A stretch of 50,660 nt of DNA from Patescibacteria group bacterium (lineage in GTDB: Bacteria > Patescibacteriota > Minisyncoccia > Phycocordibacterales > CAIZLB01), in contig JAUPUG010000018.1 of NCBI GenBank assembly GCA_030917685.1, positions 1-50,660 on the forward strand, given 5' to 3'. Positions 7,926 through 15,679 of this stretch are shown here, in pieces (position 1 is the first letter of the stretch; the number at the start of each line of letters is the position of its first letter). Under the pieces are notes generated by a model. The model ran no database searches. It was not told the origin of the DNA and worked only from the letters and a program-made list of their open reading frames with translations. A program made the position numbers and the translations under genes.

Positions 7926-10900
7926 CTATGCGGCAACAGTAGGTACATCTGGAGTTGATGGAGCTACTGTAGGTGTCTCCCCTTTTCCAGATTTCCGTTT
8001 ATGTAATTCCCCACCTATATTCTTATATTCTTTTAATCCATTAATTAATTTTGAAGCATCAAGTATCTCAATTCCTGAATCACCAGCAGTACGATATTTT
8101 ATACCAAGCCAGAAGAGTGCTTTTTTAATTGTTGGGTCACTTGATTTTGTCCCCCAAACGTCCATTCGTTTGATTGATCTATTGAGAACATCTTGTATTT
8201 GCGCTGTGAATTCTCGAACTGCTTCTGGATCGTCGAAATCAACTTCGGCCTTCGACTCATCCCAATTCACCTTTCTCACACTATTATCTGTAGCACTGAA
8301 TCCACTATCCCACATTTCTATTGGAGCCTTACCTTCACGGAGGGTTGCTTCTGCTCGTCGTGAAGAAGTATATAATCGTGAATTTTTAGGCCCAGCATAC
8401 GCTACAGCTGTTCGATCTGAAGCATCTTTTCGTGATGTCTTCAATCTAGCACCCATTATTGAGTCTTCTCCAATTGCACTATTTGAATATCCACCCACGG
8501 CAGCGTAGGACTTCGCCCTCATTGCAAAATTTGCTCCCGAAGAATTTATATTATATTTCTTGAATCTCGACTGTACCTCGAGGTATTGGAAAAATCTAAT
8601 ACCCACCTGTAAAAGAGGTTTTCGAATATACGAATCTGGATCGAAATCAAGCTGACCCATATATGAATCTACATCCTTGTTGGTATCGAACTTTTCAATA
8701 AAGTTTGAAATATATTCTGGGGCAATACCTTTATTATCAGCATCGTTACTTACAAGTGATAATTCTGGTGCGCCTTCTCCTCTATCTCTTTGTCTAACTA
8801 ACACTGCATCATTTAGTAACTTTCTAACATAACCGATTTTTGCTCTTTCTCGTGGGACGACCTCATACATGAGTCTAACATTCATATCTGGATAATCTTT
8901 TTTGAATCTCTCAATTTCTTTCAACGTATCATCTGGCTTCACTGGAACACCAAGCTTATCTCGATCGGGATGGTTTACAAAAAGTACAAGTTCAAAAGAA
9001 TCCTTATCTGCTGTCTGTTTTGTATAAGATTCAAGAGAGTTATAAATACTTTCTCCTTCCTGGTGACCAGCAACAGGAATACATACTGCCAATCTGCATT
9101 TTTTATCCATAGGCCCCGCATCGGCTGCCATCTTTTTTAGAAGCTCTAGATGCTCTTTTTCATTAGAATTCAAATAATCATCGATTTCTTTTTTCTCATC
9201 CAACTCAGCAGAAGGATTCTCCTGAAGAGTTTTTGAAAGCCAAGTCTTCCGAGTCCTATCAATCATCTCTAGCTCACCACCCTCTACTCCACTGCCATAC
9301 ATAAAGTAATCTGAAGGTACTGCTATTGGCTTTTTATTACCAAGCCTTTCAAGAGGCTGTCTGCCAAATACTGGAATAAATGGAGGAGGCACCATATTTC
9401 TCTCAGGCTCTAATAGGTCGAACCGAGTTACAGTCTGAGGTACTGGCATTGAATCGGGATTGAAGCTTATAAACTTCGTTCGTGTTCCAACCAAACTCTT
9501 TACAGTCGAAAGACCTTTACCTTCATCAGTAGCCATGATTCTGAAATGCTCTAAACCGTCAGTTCCCGCACCCTGAGCATGTCCTACTTCGGCAAATTTT
9601 CCAATGAACTTAAGTTGCGGACCATCCTTTGTATCAACCGTTTTGAAGAACGTCTTTGCGATTTCGCTATTTGGGTCAATGATTGCATTACCATTCGCAT
9701 CGATAGGAACTTCGACGGGGTTAAACTGAGTGTCTCGAGAAAGTGAGAGCAGTAACTTTAACTTGCCTTGTGCGAGTGCATTCTTGATATCTACCGACAA
9801 TTCTCCGTGATGAGATCCACCAGCCTTCATTCCACCAATGCTGTATACAAAATTTCCATCCGCATCTATTCCTGACTTGTGATGACCACCCCATCCAAGC
9901 TTCAGTTCGTTTTTATCCGCACGAACTGTGTCATTGTCATACCAACCGTCTCGATGAATACGCTTGAATACGTCGGGATTATTTTCTACATACTGTTCTG
10001 ATGATAGGTTTTCTGAAACACCTGACTTCGCGAGATCTACTTCAGGTAGCATTGTTGTACCTGTACGCACGAGTACACCATGTTCACGAAGCATATCAAT
10101 AGACGCCTGATCTAACTGACCATTTTCAAATTTTACAGGATGAGGAAGTTCCTCTCCATCAATACTGAATCGATATATTGAAGGCGTTCCACCTGGGATT
10201 GGCTCCAAAGAAATTCCGTCTGGGAATTCGATAAGTTCCTTACCAGGAAGAACATCAATATGCTGTTCAACCAAGCTATCATCAATAGCTCTGCCTGCAA
10301 TATATTCCCTAAGAGCCTCAAGCACGGTTGCGTTCGGTTCATTATCATTTACCTCATTTCCAGTGAGAGACTCGACTCCTCTTTCCAAAAGACCCTGTTG
10401 GTCATCACTTGCGATAGCCATAATCTCCTGTACTCCCGCGCCGATAATTAGACCACTCGCTAAGCCTTTCAAAGCAGCAGCAGCGACTCTTCTTCTCTTC
10501 ATAAGTGAGAACATTTTGTTCTTCTGTTCAATACCGGACTCACCTGTCATAAATGCACCATTTCGAGATTCTAAAGCCGAGCCAAAGAACTCGTCGAAAT
10601 TTCTTGATCCAGACACTGGCACCGAACCAGCAGACGTATCCAAGATTCCAGACTCATACGCATCTCTCAATATCACCTTTGCTTGTGCCCTTGAAATATC
10701 AAGTTTAAGTCGTTCCTGTTCAACGCTTTTCGAATCTGTATAACTCAACAAATCAAGATCATGATTATCTGAAATCTGGATTCTGGATTCTGCTTGCAAT
10801 AATAGGCACATCGCATTATTGAATGCATCTGGCGAATCAATATTTTTGATATTTTCCAAAATCTGATCAGCGATATCTCCAGCATGTACTGTTTCGTATC

Positions 10901-11918
10901 GAACTTTTTCCATTTCCTCTCTACGATCCAATCCATTCTTTATAGATTTTCCTCCTTTTGCCATCATTCTAGAATGTTGTTTTCGCTCGTCTTCCACTTT
11001 GTGGCTTTCTCTCATCGCCCCAAAGGCTGACCCAAGGAGTGCTGACATACCAAAAGTACCCCATGCCAGAGCCTTACTTCGAGCAGCACTTTGACTTACT
11101 TTACCAATTACTGATCCTGCTATTGCAACTGCAGATGCAATAGTTGTTTCATCTACAAATCTTCCAACAAAACTATTTCTTATATATTCGGTGACCTTAT
11201 CAAAATTATTATATTGAGCTTCTGTTCTTACACCCAATCGCGCCTCGCCATATACTATCTCTACTTCTTTATCTAATTCTTCAATCGTAATATCGTGCTT
11301 AAACTTTTCCTTTAGTTCTTTTGCAACCTCGAGAAGATTGTCAGCAAATCTCACATTACTTACTTTCTCGTCGGTACCAGAATGTAGTGCTGTAATACGA
11401 CGTTTTTCCTCAGCAAACGCCTCATCAGTGAATGTATTGTGCTTATCATTAATATATTCAAGGACAAGCTCTTTAACATTAGAAACTAAGCTCCCCTCTA
11501 GGACTGTATCCTTCTCATCGTATGTTGATCTACTCTCTCCAGTATGCATAACGTCTTCATCTCTTAACTCTGAAGCAAAACGATCCAGTACAGCACTCAT
11601 GGCTTGTTGGTGCGCATTTTCTGAAGCTTCCTCATCAGAATATAGATTACCAGTCTCAAGAATTCTTTGACGCGCAAGACTTATTTCCTTTTGTCGATAA
11701 TATTCTCGAGCTAAATTGTGTTTCCAAATTTTCTTAAAAAAACCTCTTACGCCCGTAAGCTCACTCTTATCTTCTACTAAACGTTCTTCTGCTATATCTC
11801 TCGCTTGCTGTTCTATTGAATCTCCAGTGTCAACAATGACCAACTTCCTTTTTTTGGGATTTATCTCATCGAATTCTTCATGGTCTGCATCTCCGCTTAG
11901 ATATACTCGTTCGCTCAT
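7926..11918 (-). CDS. Giant (1330 aa) protein with two hydrophobic segments and a C-terminal GT-A (family-2-like) glycosyltransferase domain
   Basis: GT-A-like motifs at about nt 8440-9100: CRLAVCIPVAGHQEGESIYNSLESYTKQ, DxD-like SNDADN, GANFAMRAKSYAAVGGY, GEDSIMGARL. Hydrophobic stretches at about nt 11000-11160 and 10420-10500. The first roughly 930 aa have no motif I recognise. Confidence 0.75.
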   Translation of the reverse strand: MSERVYLSGDADHEEFDEINPKKRKLVIVDTGDSIEQQARDIAEERLVEDKSELTGVRGFFKKIWKHNLAREYYRQKEISLARQRILETGNLYSDEEASENAHQQAMSAVLDRFASELRDEDVMHTGESRSTYDEKDTVLEGSLVSNVKELVLEYINDKHNTFTDEAFAEEKRRITALHSGTDEKVSNVRFADNLLEVAKELKEKFKHDITIEELDKEVEIVYGEARLGVRTEAQYNNFDKVTEYIRNSFVGRFVDETTIASAVAIAGSVIGKVSQSAARSKALAWGTFGMSALLGSAFGAMRESHKVEDERKQHSRMMAKGGKSIKNGLDRREEMEKVRYETVHAGDIADQILENIKNIDSPDAFNNAMCLLLQAESRIQISDNHDLDLLSYTDSKSVEQERLKLDISRAQAKVILRDAYESGILDTSAGSVPVSGSRNFDEFFGSALESRNGAFMTGESGIEQKNKMFSLMKRRRVAAAALKGLASGLIIGAGVQEIMAIASDDQQGLLERGVESLTGNEVNDNEPNATVLEALREYIAGRAIDDSLVEQHIDVLPGKELIEFPDGISLEPIPGGTPSIYRFSIDGEELPHPVKFENGQLDQASIDMLREHGVLVRTGTTMLPEVDLAKSGVSENLSSEQYVENNPDVFKRIHRDGWYDNDTVRADKNELKLGWGGHHKSGIDADGNFVYSIGGMKAGGSHHGELSVDIKNALAQGKLKLLLSLSRDTQFNPVEVPIDANGNAIIDPNSEIAKTFFKTVDTKDGPQLKFIGKFAEVGHAQGAGTDGLEHFRIMATDEGKGLSTVKSLVGTRTKFISFNPDSMPVPQTVTRFDLLEPERNMVPPPFIPVFGRQPLERLGNKKPIAVPSDYFMYGSGVEGGELEMIDRTRKTWLSKTLQENPSAELDEKKEIDDYLNSNEKEHLELLKKMAADAGPMDKKCRLAVCIPVAGHQEGESIYNSLESYTKQTADKDSFELVLFVNHPDRDKLGVPVKPDDTLKEIERFKKDYPDMNVRLMYEVVPRERAKIGYVRKLLNDAVLVRQRDRGEGAPELSLVSNDADNKGIAPEYISNFIEKFDTNKDVDSYMGQLDFDPDSYIRKPLLQVGIRFFQYLEVQSRFKKYNINSSGANFAMRAKSYAAVGGYSNSAIGEDSIMGARLKTSRKDASDRTAVAYAGPKNSRLYTSSRRAEATLREGKAPIEMWDSGFSATDNSVRKVNWDESKAEVDFDDPEAVREFTAQIQDVLNRSIKRMDVWGTKSSDPTIKKALFWLGIKYRTAGDSGIEILDASKLINGLKEYKNIGGELHKRKSGKGETPTVAPSTPDVPTVAA

Positions 11919-11934
11919 GGTATTTTAATTAATA

Positions 11935-12243
11935 TTAGGCGCGATTTAATCCTAAATAAGTATTTCTAAAACTGAGCAGGGTCTGAGCTACGACTGAATC
12001 AATATCAGGTATAACCTCTTTACAGAACTTCTGCACATCATCATCTGAACCGGTTTCAAGTATGTCTTGAAATTCACCCAATTTTGTTTGGGGCACTCTT
12101 CTTAAAATACTTGCATTAATTAAATCTTCAACTCTTTGATACAAATCGGACTTCATCTGATTTAAAACTTCATCGCTTACGCCTACTATCTTCTTTTCTG
12201 AAATGAGTCTGCCGATAAATTCTTCAATTAATCTTTGATTCAT
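11935..12243 (-). CDS. Small helical acidic protein (102 aa), hypothetical
   Basis: Clean ORF 16 nt upstream of the giant gene on the same strand. From memory it resembles a small helical family common in CPR genomes (possibly DUF5663). Not verified. Confidence 0.65.
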   Translation of the reverse strand: MNQRLIEEFIGRLISEKKIVGVSDEVLNQMKSDLYQRVEDLINASILRRVPQTKLGEFQDILETGSDDDVQKFCKEVIPDIDSVVAQTLLSFRNTYLGLNRA

Positions 12244-12324
12244 AAAGTTAAATATAATTTATATAGTTCCAATTATATCATATAAATCAAGATTGCACGC
12301 GGGACAAATCTGGACTTAAAAACC

Positions 12325-12555
12325 CTAACTTTTAGTGGCAAATTTCAAAATTGCCCAATTTAATTGATCATCAAATTGACTTAATTCTGCTTCTATTTCT
12401 TTGTCTTCCGCAGATTCATCGAGAGATGCATTTTTAGTGTCATCCTCTTCAATCTTTTTTATAATATCGCCTGTGGCGTTATTAAATTGGCTTCGAATAT
12501 CCTTAAGTTTCTGGATATCATTGCTAATATTTGTTTGTAGATCTTGAATATTCAT
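12325..12555 (-). CDS. Small acidic hypothetical protein (76 aa)
   Basis: ORF begins 13 nt after the stop of the 486-aa gene on the same strand. Composition is helical and acidic. No motif recognised. Confidence 0.55.
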   Translation of the reverse strand: MNIQDLQTNISNDIQKLKDIRSQFNNATGDIIKKIEEDDTKNASLDESAEDKEIEAELSQFDDQLNWAILKFATKS

Positions 12556-12568
12556 AATGTGAATTTAA

Positions 12569-14029
12569 TTAAAGCGCAATTGATTCTGGCAATTTTCTTA
12601 TAATTTTATTTAGAATATCGCTTTTTAATTGACCTTTTAATGGTTCAATATTTCCAGCTTGTGAATATGTTTTAATCATATCTTTAATTGTAAGGGCAAC
12701 AGCTTCCCCTTCATCACTGAGTATTTCAGCAAATTCTTCTATCAAAGGCTCAGCCTCTTTTAACTTTTCAAGGAGATCTGCTGCAGTCGGAGTAAGCATA
12801 TTACTTAGTTTATGTAAGTCACGGAAATACGCAGTAAACTTTTCCATTCCCACTTCTCTACTTTCTACTCCAGGATCTGTTTCTACTTCCTCGTGCACTT
12901 CTGTTTCAGAGCCATCTGCAGCTTCGGCTCGAAGCCCACCTGCATTAGCATAAATTGCATTTCCTTCAACTACCGCTGTTGATTCGACATTATCTATGTT
13001 TTCTGAGTCATTTTCAGGAAGTTCACCATTACCCGCAGCATCGTCTATTGTCTCAATTGCTTCTGCTGGTTCACCTTTTTTAGACAAACCCATACTATCT
13101 TTTAAGGATTGCCATTTTTGTGCTCTCGCATCTATCTTCGCAATCTGTTTACTTAGTTTAACCTTAGTCTTTTCAGCATTAGCTATCGATTTTTCAGTCA
13201 AAGATTTCTCTTGTTTGAGTTCAGCTAATTGTGATTCAATCATCCGAATATCATCTTTCAATACACCTAACTCTTTTGCTTTAGCTAGAGCATCTGTGTA
13301 TGTTTCAATATTTTGGGATACTTCCGTTAAGGCAGCATTAGCACCTTCTATTTGCTCAGAGAGCGTGATCATGCTCTCTTTCTTTTCAGCATATCCTGTC
13401 TTTTCATGTATTGAATCAATGCGCGCGTCTATTCTTCCAGAGAAAGCTCCCTCTGCCGCTTCGATGTTGGCGGACAAGGTCTCTATTTCGGAGGCACGCA
13501 AATCTCTCTCTCTGGCTGACTCTTTAGCTTTTTCTTCCTCTGCTAGAATTTCTTGGTCCCGCTCAGCAGCTTTTAAATCTCTGTTTTTTTCAAAAACAGC
13601 TATCAATCCAGGATTCTTCATACTTTTCAAGGCCTCATCAAAGTTACCAACTTCAGTTTTTTTGAGTTCACTAAATATACCAACATTTCTAGTGTGATTA
13701 TCTATTTGATATCCTATATCTGAAATTTCTTTTCGCTTTAAATTAATGAGATTATTGCTATTGTCTCTTGATTTTAAAAACCTCCACTTCTCAATAGTAC
13801 TCATTCTAAGACTCTCTACGACATCATCTTTCCAATTAATAGCTATATCCTTTAACTCTCCAAATTTTTCATCCACTAGATCAGCATGATTATTAAAATC
13901 CAACATTCTTCCGGCAAACTCTACACCTCTATTTGCTACGATTTTCACCTTTTCGAGAATAGGACTTTCATTCTCTGGCTTCTCATCAAAATCATTTGAT
14001 GCAAATTTTTCTGCAGTGATAGTTGTCAT
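12569..14029 (-). CDS. Acidic coiled-coil protein (486 aa), hypothetical
   Basis: Long ORF rich in E/K/A/L heptad-like sequence (AELKQEKSLTEKSIANAEKTKVKLSKQIAKIDARAQKW). No TM segment or signal peptide. First gene behind the promoter at 14049..14076. Confidence 0.75.
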   Translation of the reverse strand: MTTITAEKFASNDFDEKPENESPILEKVKIVANRGVEFAGRMLDFNNHADLVDEKFGELKDIAINWKDDVVESLRMSTIEKWRFLKSRDNSNNLINLKRKEISDIGYQIDNHTRNVGIFSELKKTEVGNFDEALKSMKNPGLIAVFEKNRDLKAAERDQEILAEEEKAKESARERDLRASEIETLSANIEAAEGAFSGRIDARIDSIHEKTGYAEKKESMITLSEQIEGANAALTEVSQNIETYTDALAKAKELGVLKDDIRMIESQLAELKQEKSLTEKSIANAEKTKVKLSKQIAKIDARAQKWQSLKDSMGLSKKGEPAEAIETIDDAAGNGELPENDSENIDNVESTAVVEGNAIYANAGGLRAEAADGSETEVHEEVETDPGVESREVGMEKFTAYFRDLHKLSNMLTPTAADLLEKLKEAEPLIEEFAEILSDEGEAVALTIKDMIKTYSQAGNIEPLKGQLKSDILNKIIRKLPESIAL

Positions 14030-14048
14030 GTGTTTGTATTACTCACAA

Positions 14049-14076
14049 ATTATATATCAGATATCTGTATATTGAA
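14049..14076 (-). promoter_or_regulatory. Promoter TTCAAT-16-TATAAT (TG-extended) for the four-gene operon
   Basis: Minus strand reads ...TTCAATatacagatatcTGATATATAAT, followed by a 19-nt leader to the ATG at 14029. Confidence 0.5.
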
Positions 14077-14110
14077 ATAGATTACATGGAGATATAAAAA
14101 ACAAGTAAAC

Positions 14111-14175
14111 AAAAACTCCGAGCTTCTCAGATAGTACACAATGATTGAAAGTGTAAAATCTTTTGAAACTCGGAG
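14111..14175 (-). terminator. Possible terminator with long structured loop after lipoprotein gene
   Basis: Minus strand reads CTCCGAG ... CTCGGAG, a 7-bp closing helix, followed by TTTTTG. The loop is about 46 nt, so this is a weak call. Confidence 0.35.
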
Positions 14176-14204
14176 AGGTTTGGAAACAGTGGACCGTATG
14201 AAGT

Positions 14205-14630
14205 CTACCGACAACGACGTTCCCAACGTCCTGTGAAGAAGTTGAAGAACAGAGGTTCAGGAGGCAACGGACGTCCCATCGGTGGACAGAAGTTTGCCTG
14301 GCCTGGACCCGCCCAGTTTTGACGATGCTGCAACGGGAACCCAAACATTGGAGATGGCTGTTGCCAACCCCGTTGTGGATAGCAACCGTGTTGCACTGGT
14401 ACTGGATGCCGGATGACCCTGCTTTGGCTGTAGATGCCGGGGTGTCCGGTTCTACAACCTGGGTCAAGCACAATGTTCCTTTGGAATGTGTGTTGACCTG
14501 GAAGGCCGGTAATTGGCCTGTAGTGTTCGGGCTGGCCTGGACCAAAAGTACCGCAGCGGATAAATCCGTCTGATGCACATGATGAGAGCAGCGCACAAGC
14601 GACTGTAAGACAAAGAGCTAAGTATTTCAT
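14205..14630 (-). CDS. Putative lipoprotein (141 aa), Pro/Gly/His/Gln/Arg/Trp-rich
   Basis: N-terminus MKYLALCLTVACALLSSC is a signal peptide with lipobox L-S-S-C. The ORF directly follows the promoter at 14691..14718. GC is about 52-53%. The overlapping 179-aa ORF in another frame lacks these signals. Confidence 0.55.
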   Translation of the reverse strand: MKYLALCLTVACALLSSCASDGFIRCGTFGPGQPEHYRPITGLPGQHTFQRNIVLDPGCRTGHPGIYSQSRVIRHPVPVQHGCYPQRGWQQPSPMFGFPLQHRQNWAGPGQANFCPPMGRPLPPEPLFFNFFTGRWERRCR

Positions 14631-14690
14631 GATTTCTTGGTGGGGTTTCGGGGTTTTGTGTGAGGAGTTCTGAATATCTGACTCATGTAT

Positions 14691-14718
14691 TATATAACAT
14701 AATATGCCTATATGTCAA
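14691..14718 (-). promoter_or_regulatory. Promoter TTGACA-16-TATATA for lipoprotein gene
   Basis: Minus strand reads TTGACA (14718-14713), a 16-nt spacer, then TATATA (14696-14691). A C/A-rich leader of about 60 nt follows. Confidence 0.55.
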
Positions 14719-14757
14719 GTAGGCTTTTTTGCACCAATATTTACACTCTTATCTATA

Positions 14758-15552
14758 CTAGTTCACAAACTCTGCGACCACCACAAATCTATCTGATTTT
14801 GAACCGAAACTATTACACGTAGAAAGCGTCAATAAATGCGCTTTAGTATCAAATGTTACCAATGTTTCGTCTTTGTCTACCTTATCAACTGAACGTACAC
14901 GGTATGTAAATCTCTTCCCTTCTGATTCAACATAAATAATGTCACCTGAATTTAAATTCTTTAATTCATTAAAAACTTTATATGCTTTGTTAATAACCAC
15001 AGCGTGACCTGTACTATGTCCAAAAATAAACATGTTACCGGTATTGATTGTACCCGAGCCTGGATAATACACTGGGCCTTTTTGCAGATCAGCATCTAGC
15101 ACAGCAGTCGATGTGTTTCGTGGAATGTACACTTTTGTATCTACAGCAATAGACGGGATAATAAGTCGAGTCGGTAAGCCAACTGTAGTTTTCTGTGTAT
15201 TAGTAGTTGGTCGATTATTAATCTGAGCATTTGTTACACCATTATTACCGCCAGTATTGTTTCCAGTACTATTCAAGATACCTAAAGCAGATTCTGAGAA
15301 TGGCAGTCCGAGTGGATTGTCGTTTTGAGAATTAGGACCAAAACCTGCTTGTGCCGACTGTTCTGTGTTGGTTCCCAGCACTCCACCCGCTATTCTATCT
15401 GAAAGAGTCTGACCATTTGATTGCTCAGTAAACTCACTTGGCAGGAGTCCAAAGAGAGCTAAAAACCCCGCAGAACCAAGAAAAATAAGCATAAACCAGC
15501 CTATAAAAGAGGCTTCCTTAGGGGAAAATAGTATGTTTAGGGGGTTTTTCAT
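14758..15552 (-). CDS. Sortase-family transpeptidase with N-terminal membrane anchor
   Basis: Catalytic triad context: GNMFIFGHSTGH (His), LLTLSTCNSF (TLxTC Cys), SDRFVVVAEF (Arg). N-terminal TM segment FIGWFMLIFLGSAGFLALFGLL. Confidence 0.85.
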   Translation of the reverse strand: MKNPLNILFSPKEASFIGWFMLIFLGSAGFLALFGLLPSEFTEQSNGQTLSDRIAGGVLGTNTEQSAQAGFGPNSQNDNPLGLPFSESALGILNSTGNNTGGNNGVTNAQINNRPTTNTQKTTVGLPTRLIIPSIAVDTKVYIPRNTSTAVLDADLQKGPVYYPGSGTINTGNMFIFGHSTGHAVVINKAYKVFNELKNLNSGDIIYVESEGKRFTYRVRSVDKVDKDETLVTFDTKAHLLTLSTCNSFGSKSDRFVVVAEFVN

Positions 15553-15617
15553 TGCATTTGTACGGTGATTCCGCGAATCTTTATGGGGTCAATGCGAAAT
15601 CCTGCTGTATAACCGTC

Positions 15618-15647
15618 ATTATACGCCCTGCCCCCTATATTTGACAA
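15618..15647 (-). promoter_or_regulatory. Promoter TTGTCA-18-TATAAT for sortase gene
   Basis: Minus strand reads TTGTCA (15647-15642) and TATAAT (15623-15618). Its -35 overlaps the plus-strand -35 by 5 nt. Confidence 0.5.
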
Positions 15648-15670
15648 GTAGGTATTGTATATGATATAAT
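15641..15670 (+). promoter_or_regulatory. Promoter TTGACA-18-TATAAT, -10 box 9 nt from ATG (leaderless layout) for CARDB protein gene
   Basis: TTGACA at 15641-15646, TATAAT at 15665-15670, then 9 nt, then the ATG at 15680. Confidence 0.6.
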
Positions 15671-15679
15671 ACTTACATT

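Noticed and set aside
11616-11640. Hammerhead-ribozyme-like core on the minus strand (CTGATGAG-GAAGCTTC-AGAAA).
   Set aside because: The would-be stem II is a GAAGCTTC palindrome with no loop, and stems I and III are absent. The sequence simply encodes SDEEASEN inside the giant ORF.
12996-13697. 233-aa plus-strand ORF antisense to the coiled-coil gene. Similar cases are 40012..40581 and 10363..10743.
   Set aside because: These are mirror ORFs of repetitive E/K/A/L coding sequence. They have no promoter or start context and an S/F/L-rich translation.
14057-14596. 179-aa minus-strand ORF overlapping the lipoprotein ORF in another frame.
   Set aside because: It lacks a signal peptide and begins far from the promoter. 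The 141-aa frame starts right after the leader with a lipobox. Neither frame is experimentally supported.
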